Assembly (NCBI GenBank): GCA_963663275.1
Contig: OY760183.1
Coordinates: 2,368,001 to 2,432,000 of the forward strand
Direction of reading: 5' to 3'
Length of the DNA stretch: 64,000 nucleotides
From: Chloroflexota bacterium
GTDB taxonomy: Bacteria > Chloroflexota > UBA11872 > VXOZ01
A program made the translations under genes and the position numbers. Positions 39,011-47,551 of this stretch are shown here, in pieces; within the stretch, counting starts at the first letter, position 1, and every line of letters starts with the position of its first letter. The notes under the pieces are model-generated. The model was not told where the DNA came from and ran no database searches. It saw only the letters and a program-made list of their open reading frames with translations.

Positions 39011-39643
39011 TCACGCTCCCTGGCGCGGCTTGGCCGGCGTCTGCTCGCTTCGTTTCGCCTTGGCGTACCGTTCCGCCATCCACTCGCCGACACCCATCTG
39101 CGAGGACGAGCGCGGCCGCCGCGGCCTCTGCCGCGCCAGGACGATCGCGCCGACGACGGCGGCCGTCAGCAGGACCGAGGCGACTTCGAAAGGCAGCAGG
39201 TAGTCGCGGAAGAGCACCTGGCCGAGCGCCTGCACGTTGCCCCCCTGTCCCGCGACCCACGCGGGACTGTGCGGCCCTTGCGCGCCCACCGTGATGGCGG
39301 CGCCGGTCAGGACGATGAACTCGATCGCCAGCAGGACGCCGATGACAACCGCCAGCGGCGCTTGCACGTGGAACTGCCGCGCGCGTTCCACCACGTTGAG
39401 GTTCAGGAGCATCATGGTGAAGAGGAAGAGCACGATAATTGCGCCGGCGTAGATGATGATGTGCGCCACCGCGAGAAACTCGGCGCGCAGCAGGATGAAG
39501 ATCCCGGCCAAATGGAAGACCACGCCCACCAGCGCGAGCGCGCACTGCACCGGATTGCGCAGCATGATGACAAGCACGCCGAATACCACGCACGCCAGCG
39601 CGAGATAGGCAAAGATCAGCGTGAGCACGGTCTCGCTAGTCAA
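39011..39643 (-). CDS. nuoJ: NADH-quinone oxidoreductase subunit J
   Basis: Motifs RNPVQCAL, IYAGAIIVLFLF and YLLPFE. Confidence 0.93.
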   Translation of the reverse strand: MTSETVLTLIFAYLALACVVFGVLVIMLRNPVQCALALVGVVFHLAGIFILLRAEFLAVAHIIIYAGAIIVLFLFTMMLLNLNVVERARQFHVQAPLAVVIGVLLAIEFIVLTGAAITVGAQGPHSPAWVAGQGGNVQALGQVLFRDYLLPFEVASVLLTAAVVGAIVLARQRPRRPRSSSQMGVGEWMAERYAKAKRSEQTPAKPRQGA

Positions 39644-40094
39644 GCGTCGCGACCTCCTTGCCCTGCTTGTCCACCAGGTCCATCAGGCGGTCGACGTCGT
39701 AGATGAGGGTGCTGCGGTCGTCGGTGGAAAAGTCATACGCGTTGGTCATCTCCAGCGCCTCCACCGGACAAGCCTCAACGCACAGCGAACAGAAGAGGCA
39801 GCGTCCCACGTCCAGCGTATACGACGTGACGACCTTCTCCGTCGGCTGCGCGGGATTCGACTCCGTGGTGATGGTAATGCATTCATTCGGGCAGGCGGTC
39901 TCGCAGAGGCCGCAGCCCACGCACTTCGGCCGGCCGTCCGGCCTGCGCCTCATGCCGACCGCGCCGCGATAGATCGCCGAGAGCGGCCGCTTCTCTTCCG
40001 GGTAGCGTATGGTCACCGGCCGGCGAAAGAACTCGCGGAGGGTAACGCTCAGACCCCTCGCGATCGGCGCCAGCGAACCGAACCGAAAACCCAT
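39636..40094 (-). CDS. nuoI: NADH-quinone oxidoreductase subunit I
   Basis: TIRYPEE and two CxxCxxCxxxCP motifs. Confidence 0.95.
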   Translation of the reverse strand: MGFRFGSLAPIARGLSVTLREFFRRPVTIRYPEEKRPLSAIYRGAVGMRRRPDGRPKCVGCGLCETACPNECITITTESNPAQPTEKVVTSYTLDVGRCLFCSLCVEACPVEALEMTNAYDFSTDDRSTLIYDVDRLMDLVDKQGKEVATLD

Positions 40095-40119
40095 GGCTTC
40101 TCCTTTCCCGGTTGATCCC

Positions 40120-41139
40120 TTAGGCGTAAAGCGTCAACTTGAGTACGGTTGCTACGGCAAGATTCAGCAGACCCAGTGGCAGGAGTACTTTCCAGCAGAA
40201 GTTCATCATTTGGTCGTAGCGAAAGCGCGGCAGCGTGGCGCGCAGCCAAAAGTAGAAGAAGAGGAAGAGAAAGACCTTGGACACCATGAAGAAGAGCGCC
40301 AGCAGCGTCGCCGGAAGATGGCCGATGTACGGCTCCAGGAACTGCGCCGGCCAGCCGCCGCCCAGGAACACGGCGGCCACCAGGAACGATACCAGCACCA
40401 TGTTGGCGTACTCGGACAAGAAGAAGAAGGCGAAACGCCAGCCGGAATACTCGACGTGATAGCCGGAAACTAGCTCGGTTTCCGCTTCCGGCAGGTCGAA
40501 GGGCGCGCGGTTGGTCTCGGCCAGCGCGGCGCAGACGAAGACGAACGCGCCGATTATCAACGGTATGGCGTAGGGCACCTGCTGTTGCCGCACGATTTCG
40601 GGCAGCGAGAGCGAACCCGCCAGCACCACCACGCCCACCAGCGCTAGGCCGAGCATGATTTCGTAGCTGATCATCTGCGCGCTCGACCGCAGGCTGCCCA
40701 GCAAGGCGTACTTGCTGTTGGAGGCCCAGCCGGCCATGACGATGCCGTAGACCGCGACGGACGTGAGCGCCACGATGTAGAGCACACCCACGTTGAGGTC
40801 GGTGGGGTAGAGTCCGATGGTGCGTCCGAAGATCGTGACTTCCGTGCCAATCGGCACCACGGACCAGGCCATGAACGACGGCACCAGCAACAAGAACGGC
40901 GCGAGCACGAAGAGGACGCGGTCCGCGCCGGCCGGGATCATGTCTTCTTTGCCCAAGAGCTTGACCGCGTCGGCGAGGGTTTGAAATACGCCGAACGGGC
41001 CGACGCGGTTGGGGCCCAGGCGCGACTGGATGCGGCCCAGCAGGCGGCGCTCTGCCCAAATTAACGGCGGCACGGCCAGCAGGGGAATCGCAAAGGCGAT
41101 AGCGGACTTGATGATGACGGTGATGACGAGCTCGGTCAT
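40120..41139 (-). CDS. nuoH: NADH-quinone oxidoreductase subunit H
   Basis: Motifs RLGPNRVGPFG and AETNRAPFDLPEAETELVSG. Confidence 0.95.
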   Translation of the reverse strand: MTELVITVIIKSAIAFAIPLLAVPPLIWAERRLLGRIQSRLGPNRVGPFGVFQTLADAVKLLGKEDMIPAGADRVLFVLAPFLLLVPSFMAWSVVPIGTEVTIFGRTIGLYPTDLNVGVLYIVALTSVAVYGIVMAGWASNSKYALLGSLRSSAQMISYEIMLGLALVGVVVLAGSLSLPEIVRQQQVPYAIPLIIGAFVFVCAALAETNRAPFDLPEAETELVSGYHVEYSGWRFAFFFLSEYANMVLVSFLVAAVFLGGGWPAQFLEPYIGHLPATLLALFFMVSKVFLFLFFYFWLRATLPRFRYDQMMNFCWKVLLPLGLLNLAVATVLKLTLYA

Positions 41140-43691
41140 GGCTGGCTTTCTCGCTCGCGGCTCTCTTCTCCAGCGCCGGGGCCCGCGGCGCGCACCGCTA
41201 CCGGCGCCGTGGCTTCCGCCCCCAGCAACGCGCCCACCGGCGCGTCCGGGAAACCGACCGGCAGGTAGACCACGTGTTCCGCCAACCGCTCATTTGCCTT
41301 GGCGGTCACAGTCAGGTCCGTCCCATTCGCTTGAATGCCCACTTTTGCGCCGTCCTCTACCCCGAGGCGCGCCAACTGGGCCGGGTGCAGTTCGGCGACC
41401 GGCTCCGCGACGAGACGGCGCAGGTTGCTGCTGTAGCGTCCCGTAACGCCGGGCACGAAGAGGTGGTCTTGGGTAACCAGGAGCAGATTGCCGTCGCCGT
41501 TCACGCTCAGCAGCGCGGGCGGTTCCTGCCACGCGAAGCGCGGCGCGCTGTGTGTGACGGGAATTTCCGCCAGCACCGCGGCAATCTCCTGGGCAACGGA
41601 GTCCGGATTGCGGAACGTCCAGCGCGCGCCAAGTTGCAGGGCGAGTTCGGCAAATATCTGCCAATCGGGCTTGGCCTCGCCCACGGGTGGAATTGCCGCC
41701 TGCGCCCGTTGCGCGCGCCCTTCCAGATTGGTATACGTGCCGGTCTTTTCGGCAAAGCTGACGGCCGGCAGCACCACGTCGGCGTACTCCGCCGCCGTAC
41801 TGTTGACGAAGAGGTCTTGCACCACGACGAATTCCGACCGCTCGAGCAGCGCCTGCGCCTGATGGCGGTTGCGGGCGCTGGCGGCGAGGTCTTCGCCAAT
41901 AACGTAGAGCACCGCCAATTCCGTTCCGGCGAGAAGATCGTCCAGCGTGCGGCCCGGAGCGTCGGGCAGCACCACGTCCCACAGCCGCCCCAGGGCGCTG
42001 CGGGCCTGGGCGTCGTCCGCGCCGCGGAAGTTCGGCAGGATGTCGGCGCCCGCTCCCATCTGCGCCAGGCCGCGCGAATTCGCTTTGTTTGCCAACGGGA
42101 AGAGTTCCGCCTGCGGCAGGGCGAGGGTAAGCTGGGCCGCGGCCTGGGCGAAGCGCGCGGCGGTGCCAATCAGCCAGCCGCCAAGCCCCCACACAATGCC
42201 GACTTTGCCTGCCTGGACGAGTTGCGTTGCCGTCTCGCGCAGTTCCGCCGCTTCGACGCCGGTAGCGGCCGCGGCGCGTTCCAGGGTGTAACCGCGCAAA
42301 CCGGCCGGCCCGTTCTCACTCCCGGTCTGGCGAGCGATCTCGGCGGCAAGCCCCTGGAGCAGGTGCTGCTCCGCGCCGGGGCGCGTGCGCAGGACGCGGC
42401 GGGCAAAGCGGTCGTCCTGCCGGCTCGGCAGGCTGCTCGCTTGAATGAGCAGTTTGCCCTCGTCGCGTACCCACTGGCGCATCCTCATGCCGAGCACGTC
42501 GTGGCTCTCCATAATGTCGCCGCCGACGACCAGGAAAGCGTCCATCTGCTGCATCTCGGCAATCGTGAAGTCGAAGACGGCCGGCCCCAGCGCCTCAAGC
42601 GTGGGAATGAAGGTCCAGCGTTCCGTGCTGTCGATGTTGTTCGTGCCGACCACCTCGCGCATGAGGCGCATGATGAGGTAGTTTTCCTCATCCGAAAGGC
42701 GCCCGGACGTAATCGCCGCGACGGAGTCCGGTCCGTGGCCCGCTTTCGCCTCCGTGATCCGGGCCGCTACCGTGCTGAGGGCTTCGTCCCAACTTGCCGG
42801 TTGCAGTTCACCGTTCTTGCGCACCAGCGGCTGGGTGACGCGCCCGTCGTCGTGGATGTAGTCGTAGCCAAAGCGCCCGCGCGTGCAGAGCATGCCGTCG
42901 CCCGGGCCGCGGTCGCGGGTGTTGACCGGCGTCTGGTCGCGCAGCGCCGGATTGGCTTTCGTGCGCAGCACCTCGCCCATGCGCGTCTCCACGTGCATCT
43001 GGCAGCCGACGCTACAGTGGTTGCAGACCGACTCGCTCTGGTGCACCTGCCAGGCGCGTCCGCTGTGCATGAACGGACGGCTGAGCAGCGCGCCCACCGG
43101 GCAGACCTCAATGCACTCGCCGCATTCCACGCAGTCCAGCGGCTCGTCGAACTGCGTGCCGATGTAGCTGTGGAATCCGCGCAGATTAAAGGTAAGGGCG
43201 CTGTCGCCGACGCGCTCGTCGCAGATGCGTACGCACTTGCCGCAGTAAATGCAGCGGTTCGGGTCCCACTCGATCAACGGGCTGAATTCGTGGTCGGGTT
43301 CGTTGGGGTTGTCGCTGCCCAACTTGCTGCGGTAGACGCCGACCTCGTAGGCCGTGTGCTGCAAGTCGCAGACGCCGGACTTATCGCAGTAGGGGCAGTC
43401 GAGTGGATGGTGTTGCAGGGTCATTTCCATGATGCCCTGCTGGGCGTGCACGACCGGCTCGGTCTTGGTGCTCACCACCATGCCGTCCATGGCCGCGGTA
43501 TTGCAAGACGAGAGCGATTTGGGGGCGCGTTCCACCTCCACCACGCACATGCGGCACGCGCCGTAGGGCTTCAGGAACGTATCGAAGCACAAGGTAGGAA
43601 TATAAATGCCCGCCTTGCGGCACGCGTCGAGAATCGTCGCGCCGTCGGGTACCGTTACCTCTTGCCCGTCAACTGTCAGTGTTACCGGCAT
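41136..43691 (-). CDS. nuoG: NADH-quinone oxidoreductase subunit G (FDH-alpha-like scaffold)
   Basis: Motifs PTLC/GACRMC, HPLDCPYC, CIYCGKCVRIC, CVECGECIEVCP and CNHCSVGC; lies between nuoD and nuoH. Confidence 0.88.
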   Translation of the reverse strand: MPVTLTVDGQEVTVPDGATILDACRKAGIYIPTLCFDTFLKPYGACRMCVVEVERAPKSLSSCNTAAMDGMVVSTKTEPVVHAQQGIMEMTLQHHPLDCPYCDKSGVCDLQHTAYEVGVYRSKLGSDNPNEPDHEFSPLIEWDPNRCIYCGKCVRICDERVGDSALTFNLRGFHSYIGTQFDEPLDCVECGECIEVCPVGALLSRPFMHSGRAWQVHQSESVCNHCSVGCQMHVETRMGEVLRTKANPALRDQTPVNTRDRGPGDGMLCTRGRFGYDYIHDDGRVTQPLVRKNGELQPASWDEALSTVAARITEAKAGHGPDSVAAITSGRLSDEENYLIMRLMREVVGTNNIDSTERWTFIPTLEALGPAVFDFTIAEMQQMDAFLVVGGDIMESHDVLGMRMRQWVRDEGKLLIQASSLPSRQDDRFARRVLRTRPGAEQHLLQGLAAEIARQTGSENGPAGLRGYTLERAAAATGVEAAELRETATQLVQAGKVGIVWGLGGWLIGTAARFAQAAAQLTLALPQAELFPLANKANSRGLAQMGAGADILPNFRGADDAQARSALGRLWDVVLPDAPGRTLDDLLAGTELAVLYVIGEDLAASARNRHQAQALLERSEFVVVQDLFVNSTAAEYADVVLPAVSFAEKTGTYTNLEGRAQRAQAAIPPVGEAKPDWQIFAELALQLGARWTFRNPDSVAQEIAAVLAEIPVTHSAPRFAWQEPPALLSVNGDGNLLLVTQDHLFVPGVTGRYSSNLRRLVAEPVAELHPAQLARLGVEDGAKVGIQANGTDLTVTAKANERLAEHVVYLPVGFPDAPVGALLGAEATAPVAVRAAGPGAGEESRERESQP

Positions 43692-43752
43692 CGTTTCCTC
43701 TTCTCACCCACCGCAACTGTCAGGAACCGTCCGCCTACTTTGAAACCCACGC

Positions 43753-44958
43753 TTATCGATCAATCTCGCCAAGCACAATGTCAATACTGCCAATCACCGC
43801 CACCACGTCGGCCAGCAGCCGCCCTTTCACCAGGTACGGCAGTGACTGCAAGTTCACGAAGGAAGGCGAGCGCACGTGCATGCGGTAGGGTTTGCCGCTG
43901 CCGTCGCTGACGACGTAGAAGGCCAATTCGCCTTTGGGCGCTTCGATCGCCGCATAGGTCTCGCCGCGCGGCACCGGGAAGCCGTGGATATACATCCAGA
44001 AGTGGTTGATCATCGCTTCCATGTCGGTATAGAGGCGCGGCGTATCCGGGCGGGCGACGCGGGCGTCGTCGGTCATGACCGGACCCGGCGGCAGGCGCTC
44101 GATGACCTGGCGCAGGATGCGCACGCTCTGGCGCATCTCTTCCAGGCGCAAGATGTACCGGCTGAAGACGTCCCCTTTGCCGGTGCCGGTGGGCACGTCG
44201 AACTCCACTTTGTCATAGGCGGCATAGGGTTCCGCCTTGCGGATGTCCCACTCCACGCCCGAGCCGCGCAAGCACGCGCCGGACAACCCCATCGCAATCG
44301 CGTCGTCGCCGGAAATCACGCCCACGTCCACCGTGCGGCCCAACCAGAGTTCGTTCTTCGAGAGCAACTTGTCGAATTGGTCTATCTCCCGCAGAAAGTA
44401 GTCGAGGTTGTCCTCGAGTTTGCGGTAGAAGGGTTCGCGCGGCTCTTCCAGGAAGCCGCCCGGGCGCATCACGCTGTGGGTCATGCGCGCGCCGCAGAGT
44501 TCCTCGAAGAGTTCCAGCACGGTCTCGCGGGCGCGAAAGGCGTAGAGGAAGACGGACATTGCGCCGATGTCCAGCGCGTGGGTGCCGATCCACACCAGGT
44601 GCCCCGCCAGCCGCCCCAGTTCGCCGACGATGCAGCGCAACCACTGGGCGCGCTCCGGCACCTCGATACCGGCCAGCGTTTCCACTGCCACCAGCCAACC
44701 CAGATTGCTGGATGCCGCGGCGGTGTAGTCCATGCGGTCGGTGTAGCCGAGAATCTGGGTATACGTCTCGCTCTCGGCGATCTTCTCCGTGCCGCGATGG
44801 AGATAGCCAATGATAGGCACGGCTTCCTCGATGTACTCGCCGTCCATCTTGAGGACGACCCGCAGCACGCCGTGGGTACTGGGATGCTGCGGCCCCATGT
44901 TCAGGATGAGGCCCGAATCGTCTTCACCGGCAATGCGTTCAATTTCAACCGTCGCCAT
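43753..44958 (-). CDS. nuoD: NADH-quinone oxidoreductase subunit D
   Basis: Motifs NMGPQHPSTHGVLR, GYLHRG and GEIDR; no NiFe CxxC motifs. Confidence 0.96.
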   Translation of the reverse strand: MATVEIERIAGEDDSGLILNMGPQHPSTHGVLRVVLKMDGEYIEEAVPIIGYLHRGTEKIAESETYTQILGYTDRMDYTAAASSNLGWLVAVETLAGIEVPERAQWLRCIVGELGRLAGHLVWIGTHALDIGAMSVFLYAFRARETVLELFEELCGARMTHSVMRPGGFLEEPREPFYRKLEDNLDYFLREIDQFDKLLSKNELWLGRTVDVGVISGDDAIAMGLSGACLRGSGVEWDIRKAEPYAAYDKVEFDVPTGTGKGDVFSRYILRLEEMRQSVRILRQVIERLPPGPVMTDDARVARPDTPRLYTDMEAMINHFWMYIHGFPVPRGETYAAIEAPKGELAFYVVSDGSGKPYRMHVRSPSFVNLQSLPYLVKGRLLADVVAVIGSIDIVLGEIDR

Positions 44959-45033
44959 CAGCCGCTCTCGCTACTTCAAATGAAGGCCCTCTCGGCAATC
45001 TCTTCCGTGCACCCAAGGCGCCTGTCAAGACTT

Positions 45034-45068
45034 CTCCCTCTCCCTGGGGAGAGGGCCGGGGTGAGGGG
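45034..45068. repeat. REP-like family A copy between nuoC and nuoD
   Basis: Sequence CTCCCTCTCCCTGGGGAGAGGGCCGGGGTGAGGGG. Confidence 0.8.
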
Positions 45069-45124
45069 ATTCCGGGTACTCGTAAGAGTTGCCCGCAGAT
45101 CTCTCTTGGTATTGGCTGTCACAC

Positions 45125-45598
45125 TCACAGTCCCTCGCGGGGAAAGTCCTTGCGCAAGGGGTGGTACTCGTAGTCTTCATCCATCAGAATGCGCCGGAGG
45201 TCCGGGTGATTCACAAACTGCACGCCCATCAGGTCGTAGACCTCGCGTTCCGGCCAGTCCGCTCCCGGCCAGACCTGCGCCATGGATTCCACCGCTTCGT
45301 TCGCGGCAATGCGCATTTTGACGCGGATGCTGCGATTCTCCGGTATCGAGCGCAGGTGATAGACCACCTCGTATTCCTGCGTCTCGCCAGGCCAGTGCAC
45401 CGCCGTCACGTCGCCAAAGTAATTGAAGCGCAGTTCCGTGTCATCGCGTAGGGCGGTTGCCACCGCCAGCAAGTCCGCCGCCTCAATCTGAATGGTCAGA
45501 TAGTTGCGTTTCGTGTTGGCGTCAATGAGCTTTTCGCCCAAGACCGCTTTCACGCGCTCGCGGATGGCGTCGGCGGCGACCGGCGGCGGAATGCTCAC
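45125..45598 (-). CDS. nuoC: NADH-quinone oxidoreductase subunit C
   Basis: Motifs WPEREVYDLMG, HPDLRRILM and HPLRKDFP. Confidence 0.93.
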   Translation of the reverse strand: MSIPPPVAADAIRERVKAVLGEKLIDANTKRNYLTIQIEAADLLAVATALRDDTELRFNYFGDVTAVHWPGETQEYEVVYHLRSIPENRSIRVKMRIAANEAVESMAQVWPGADWPEREVYDLMGVQFVNHPDLRRILMDEDYEYHPLRKDFPREGL

Positions 45599-45606
45599 GG
45601 ATGCGG

Positions 45607-46164
45607 TTACTCCTTTGCTCCGGCGGCCCGCGCGGTGAGCAGCGCATCTTCCGCGCCGGCCCACTCGCCTTGCTTGATCTTCTGCTGGAGGAGCATCAGG
45701 CCATCCAGCAGCGCCTCCGGCCGCGGCGGGCAGCCGGGCACGTAGATGTCAACCGGCACGGCTAGGTCTACGCCTTGGAGCACGCTGTACGACCGGTACG
45801 GCCCACCGCAGGTAGCGCAGTTGCCGTGGGCGATGACCCAGCACGGCCGCGCCATCTGCTCCCACAGGTTGCGTATGATCGGGGCCATCTTCTTGGTCAC
45901 CGTGCCCGCTACGATCATCACGTCCGATTGCCGGGGCGTGGCGCGGGGCGCCATGCCAAACCGGTCCATGTCATAGTGCGAGGCGAAGAGCGCCATCATC
46001 TCGATGGCGCAGCACGCCAAGCCGAACGTCATCGGCCACAGGGCGTTGGCCCGCCCCCAATTCAGCACCTGGTCGGCGGAAGCCAGCACGAAGCCGGAAG
46101 CGCCCGTCTTCTGTCCAGCGGCCTGCGCCGCGGGCAGGGAAAGCGTATCTTCTACAACCCCCAA
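45607..46164 (-). CDS. nuoB: NADH-quinone oxidoreductase subunit B
   Basis: Motifs [10 protein letters not shown] and PGCPPRP. AAGGAG precedes TTG 46164 (alternative start ATG 46185). Confidence 0.95.
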   Translation of the reverse strand: MGVVEDTLSLPAAQAAGQKTGASGFVLASADQVLNWGRANALWPMTFGLACCAIEMMALFASHYDMDRFGMAPRATPRQSDVMIVAGTVTKKMAPIIRNLWEQMARPCWVIAHGNCATCGGPYRSYSVLQGVDLAVPVDIYVPGCPPRPEALLDGLMLLQQKIKQGEWAGAEDALLTARAAGAKE

Positions 46165-46529
46165 TCGAACGCTCCTTTCTTCCATGCGTAAACGTAGCCT
46201 ACAAGCAGAATTCCAATGAATATCGCCATTTCAACCAGACCGAAGAGGCCGAGCGACGTGATGATGACGGCCCAGGGAAAGAGGAAGGCGAGTTCGAGGT
46301 CGAAGACGACGTAAACGATCGCGACCATATAGAAGTGGATGCCGTGCTTGCCGCGCGTATCGCCGACAACCCCGCTTGGGCCAATGCCCGATTCGTAGGG
46401 AACCGTGCGCAAAGGGCCCGGCTTGAAGCGTGGCCGGATGACCGAGGCGAGCGCCAGGGAGATGATGCCAAAGGCGGACGCCGCCACGAAGAGCACCAGA
46501 AACGGAATGTAGCCGACGTAGTACTCCAT
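46152..46529 (-). CDS. nuoA: NADH-quinone oxidoreductase subunit A
   Basis: Motifs [17 protein letters not shown] and [10 protein letters not shown]. Confidence 0.95.
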   Translation of the reverse strand: MEYYVGYIPFLVLFVAASAFGIISLALASVIRPRFKPGPLRTVPYESGIGPSGVVGDTRGKHGIHFYMVAIVYVVFDLELAFLFPWAVIITSLGLFGLVEMAIFIGILLVGYVYAWKKGAFDWGL

Positions 46530-46642
46530 CTTCCATCCTCCAGGCCAAGCGGCTTTCCGCCAAGCCCGCGCTGTCCGCGTGTTGCGGTCTATGATGACCG
46601 ATATCGCTTCTCTTTACAAGGCGGCTCCACCGGCGGCGCGTG

Positions 46643-47356
46643 TCAGTCCGTCGTCAGAGTGGGAACGCCGGCAGCGCCGGCTTCCGGCGCGGCATCATCG
46701 ATGAAGCCCGCGTTCTCCGCGACGCTCTCCCGCAATAGGTACGAAAGGTACTCTACTTCAATGGAAAGGTCAACGCTGGCCAGGTAGACGTGAGACGGCA
46801 CCCGCAAGGCCACGGGCGCGAAATTGAGCAAACAGCGCACACCGGCCTCGATAAGCTGTTCGGTAACCGCTTGCGCCGCTCTGGCCGGCACGGCCACCAG
46901 AGCCATGGAGATCTGGCGCTCTTGAATGGTCTCCTTCAAGTGATCCAGCGGCTTGACCACCACGTCCCGGATCACCGCGCCCACGCGGCGGGGATCGGAA
47001 TCGAACGCCTCGACGATACGAAACCCCTGGCGCGGAAAGCCGTCATAGGCGAGCAGCGCGGAGCCAAGATTGCCAACTCCTACCAGCGCCATCGGCCATC
47101 CCTCGCCAATCCCCAGGATCTTCTGCACGTGAGCGCGCAGCATATCGACGTCGTAACCGACACCGCGTCTGCCGAAACTGCCAAAGTACGCCAGGTCCCG
47201 GCGCACCTGGGCGGCCGTGGAACCGGTCAAGGCGGAGAGGCGCTCGGAGGAGACGCTCTCGACCCCCTGCTCTTGCAACACGGCCAACGTACGATAGTAC
47301 ACAGAGAGGCGCCGGATCGCCATTTGCGGCGCATTTCCGCGCAGTGTGCCAGACAT
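46643..47356 (-). CDS. rex: Redox-sensing transcriptional repressor Rex
   Basis: Motifs RRLSVYYR, QVRRDLAYFGSFGRRGVGY, VGVGNLG and LNFAP; GGGGAG RBS. Confidence 0.95.
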   Translation of the reverse strand: MSGTLRGNAPQMAIRRLSVYYRTLAVLQEQGVESVSSERLSALTGSTAAQVRRDLAYFGSFGRRGVGYDVDMLRAHVQKILGIGEGWPMALVGVGNLGSALLAYDGFPRQGFRIVEAFDSDPRRVGAVIRDVVVKPLDHLKETIQERQISMALVAVPARAAQAVTEQLIEAGVRCLLNFAPVALRVPSHVYLASVDLSIEVEYLSYLLRESVAENAGFIDDAAPEAGAAGVPTLTTD

Positions 47357-47385
47357 TGGCGCTCCCCGTTCAAGCGGCATCGGCC

Positions 47386-47403
47386 ACGTGAAACATATCA
47401 CAA
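47386..47403 (-). promoter_or_regulatory. Putative Rex operator (ROP)
   Basis: The minus strand reads TTGTGAT-ATGT-TTCACGT against the consensus TTGTGAA-N4-TTCACAA (11/14 matches), 30 nt upstream of the rex start. Confidence 0.75.
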
Positions 47404-47551
47404 GCTTCTGGCGCACGCAACTGGAGATTGCGCCCATTTGGGAGCGGCGCGCCAAGCAAAGAGAAGCTACCGAGGGGCAATGGGGAAGTCCGCCCGGCGC
47501 CGCCGGCCGTCATGCCCAGCCGCGAAGGCCTCCGCGCGGGCGCGGCGGCGG

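Noticed and set aside
41136-43691. Formate dehydrogenase alpha subunit or selenoprotein
   Set aside because: There is no Cys/Sec-His at the catalytic position and no in-frame TGA, and the gene occupies the nuoG position.
33267-45321. Very long + strand ORFs (571, 542, 878 and 481 aa) opposite the nuo genes, and similar antisense ORFs elsewhere
   Set aside because: These are shadow ORFs caused by high-GC codon bias; they have no motifs, and the opposite strand encodes clear proteins.
43753-46164. Group 4 [NiFe]-hydrogenase
   Set aside because: The large subunit lacks both CxxC Ni-binding motifs and has NuoD quinone-site signatures.
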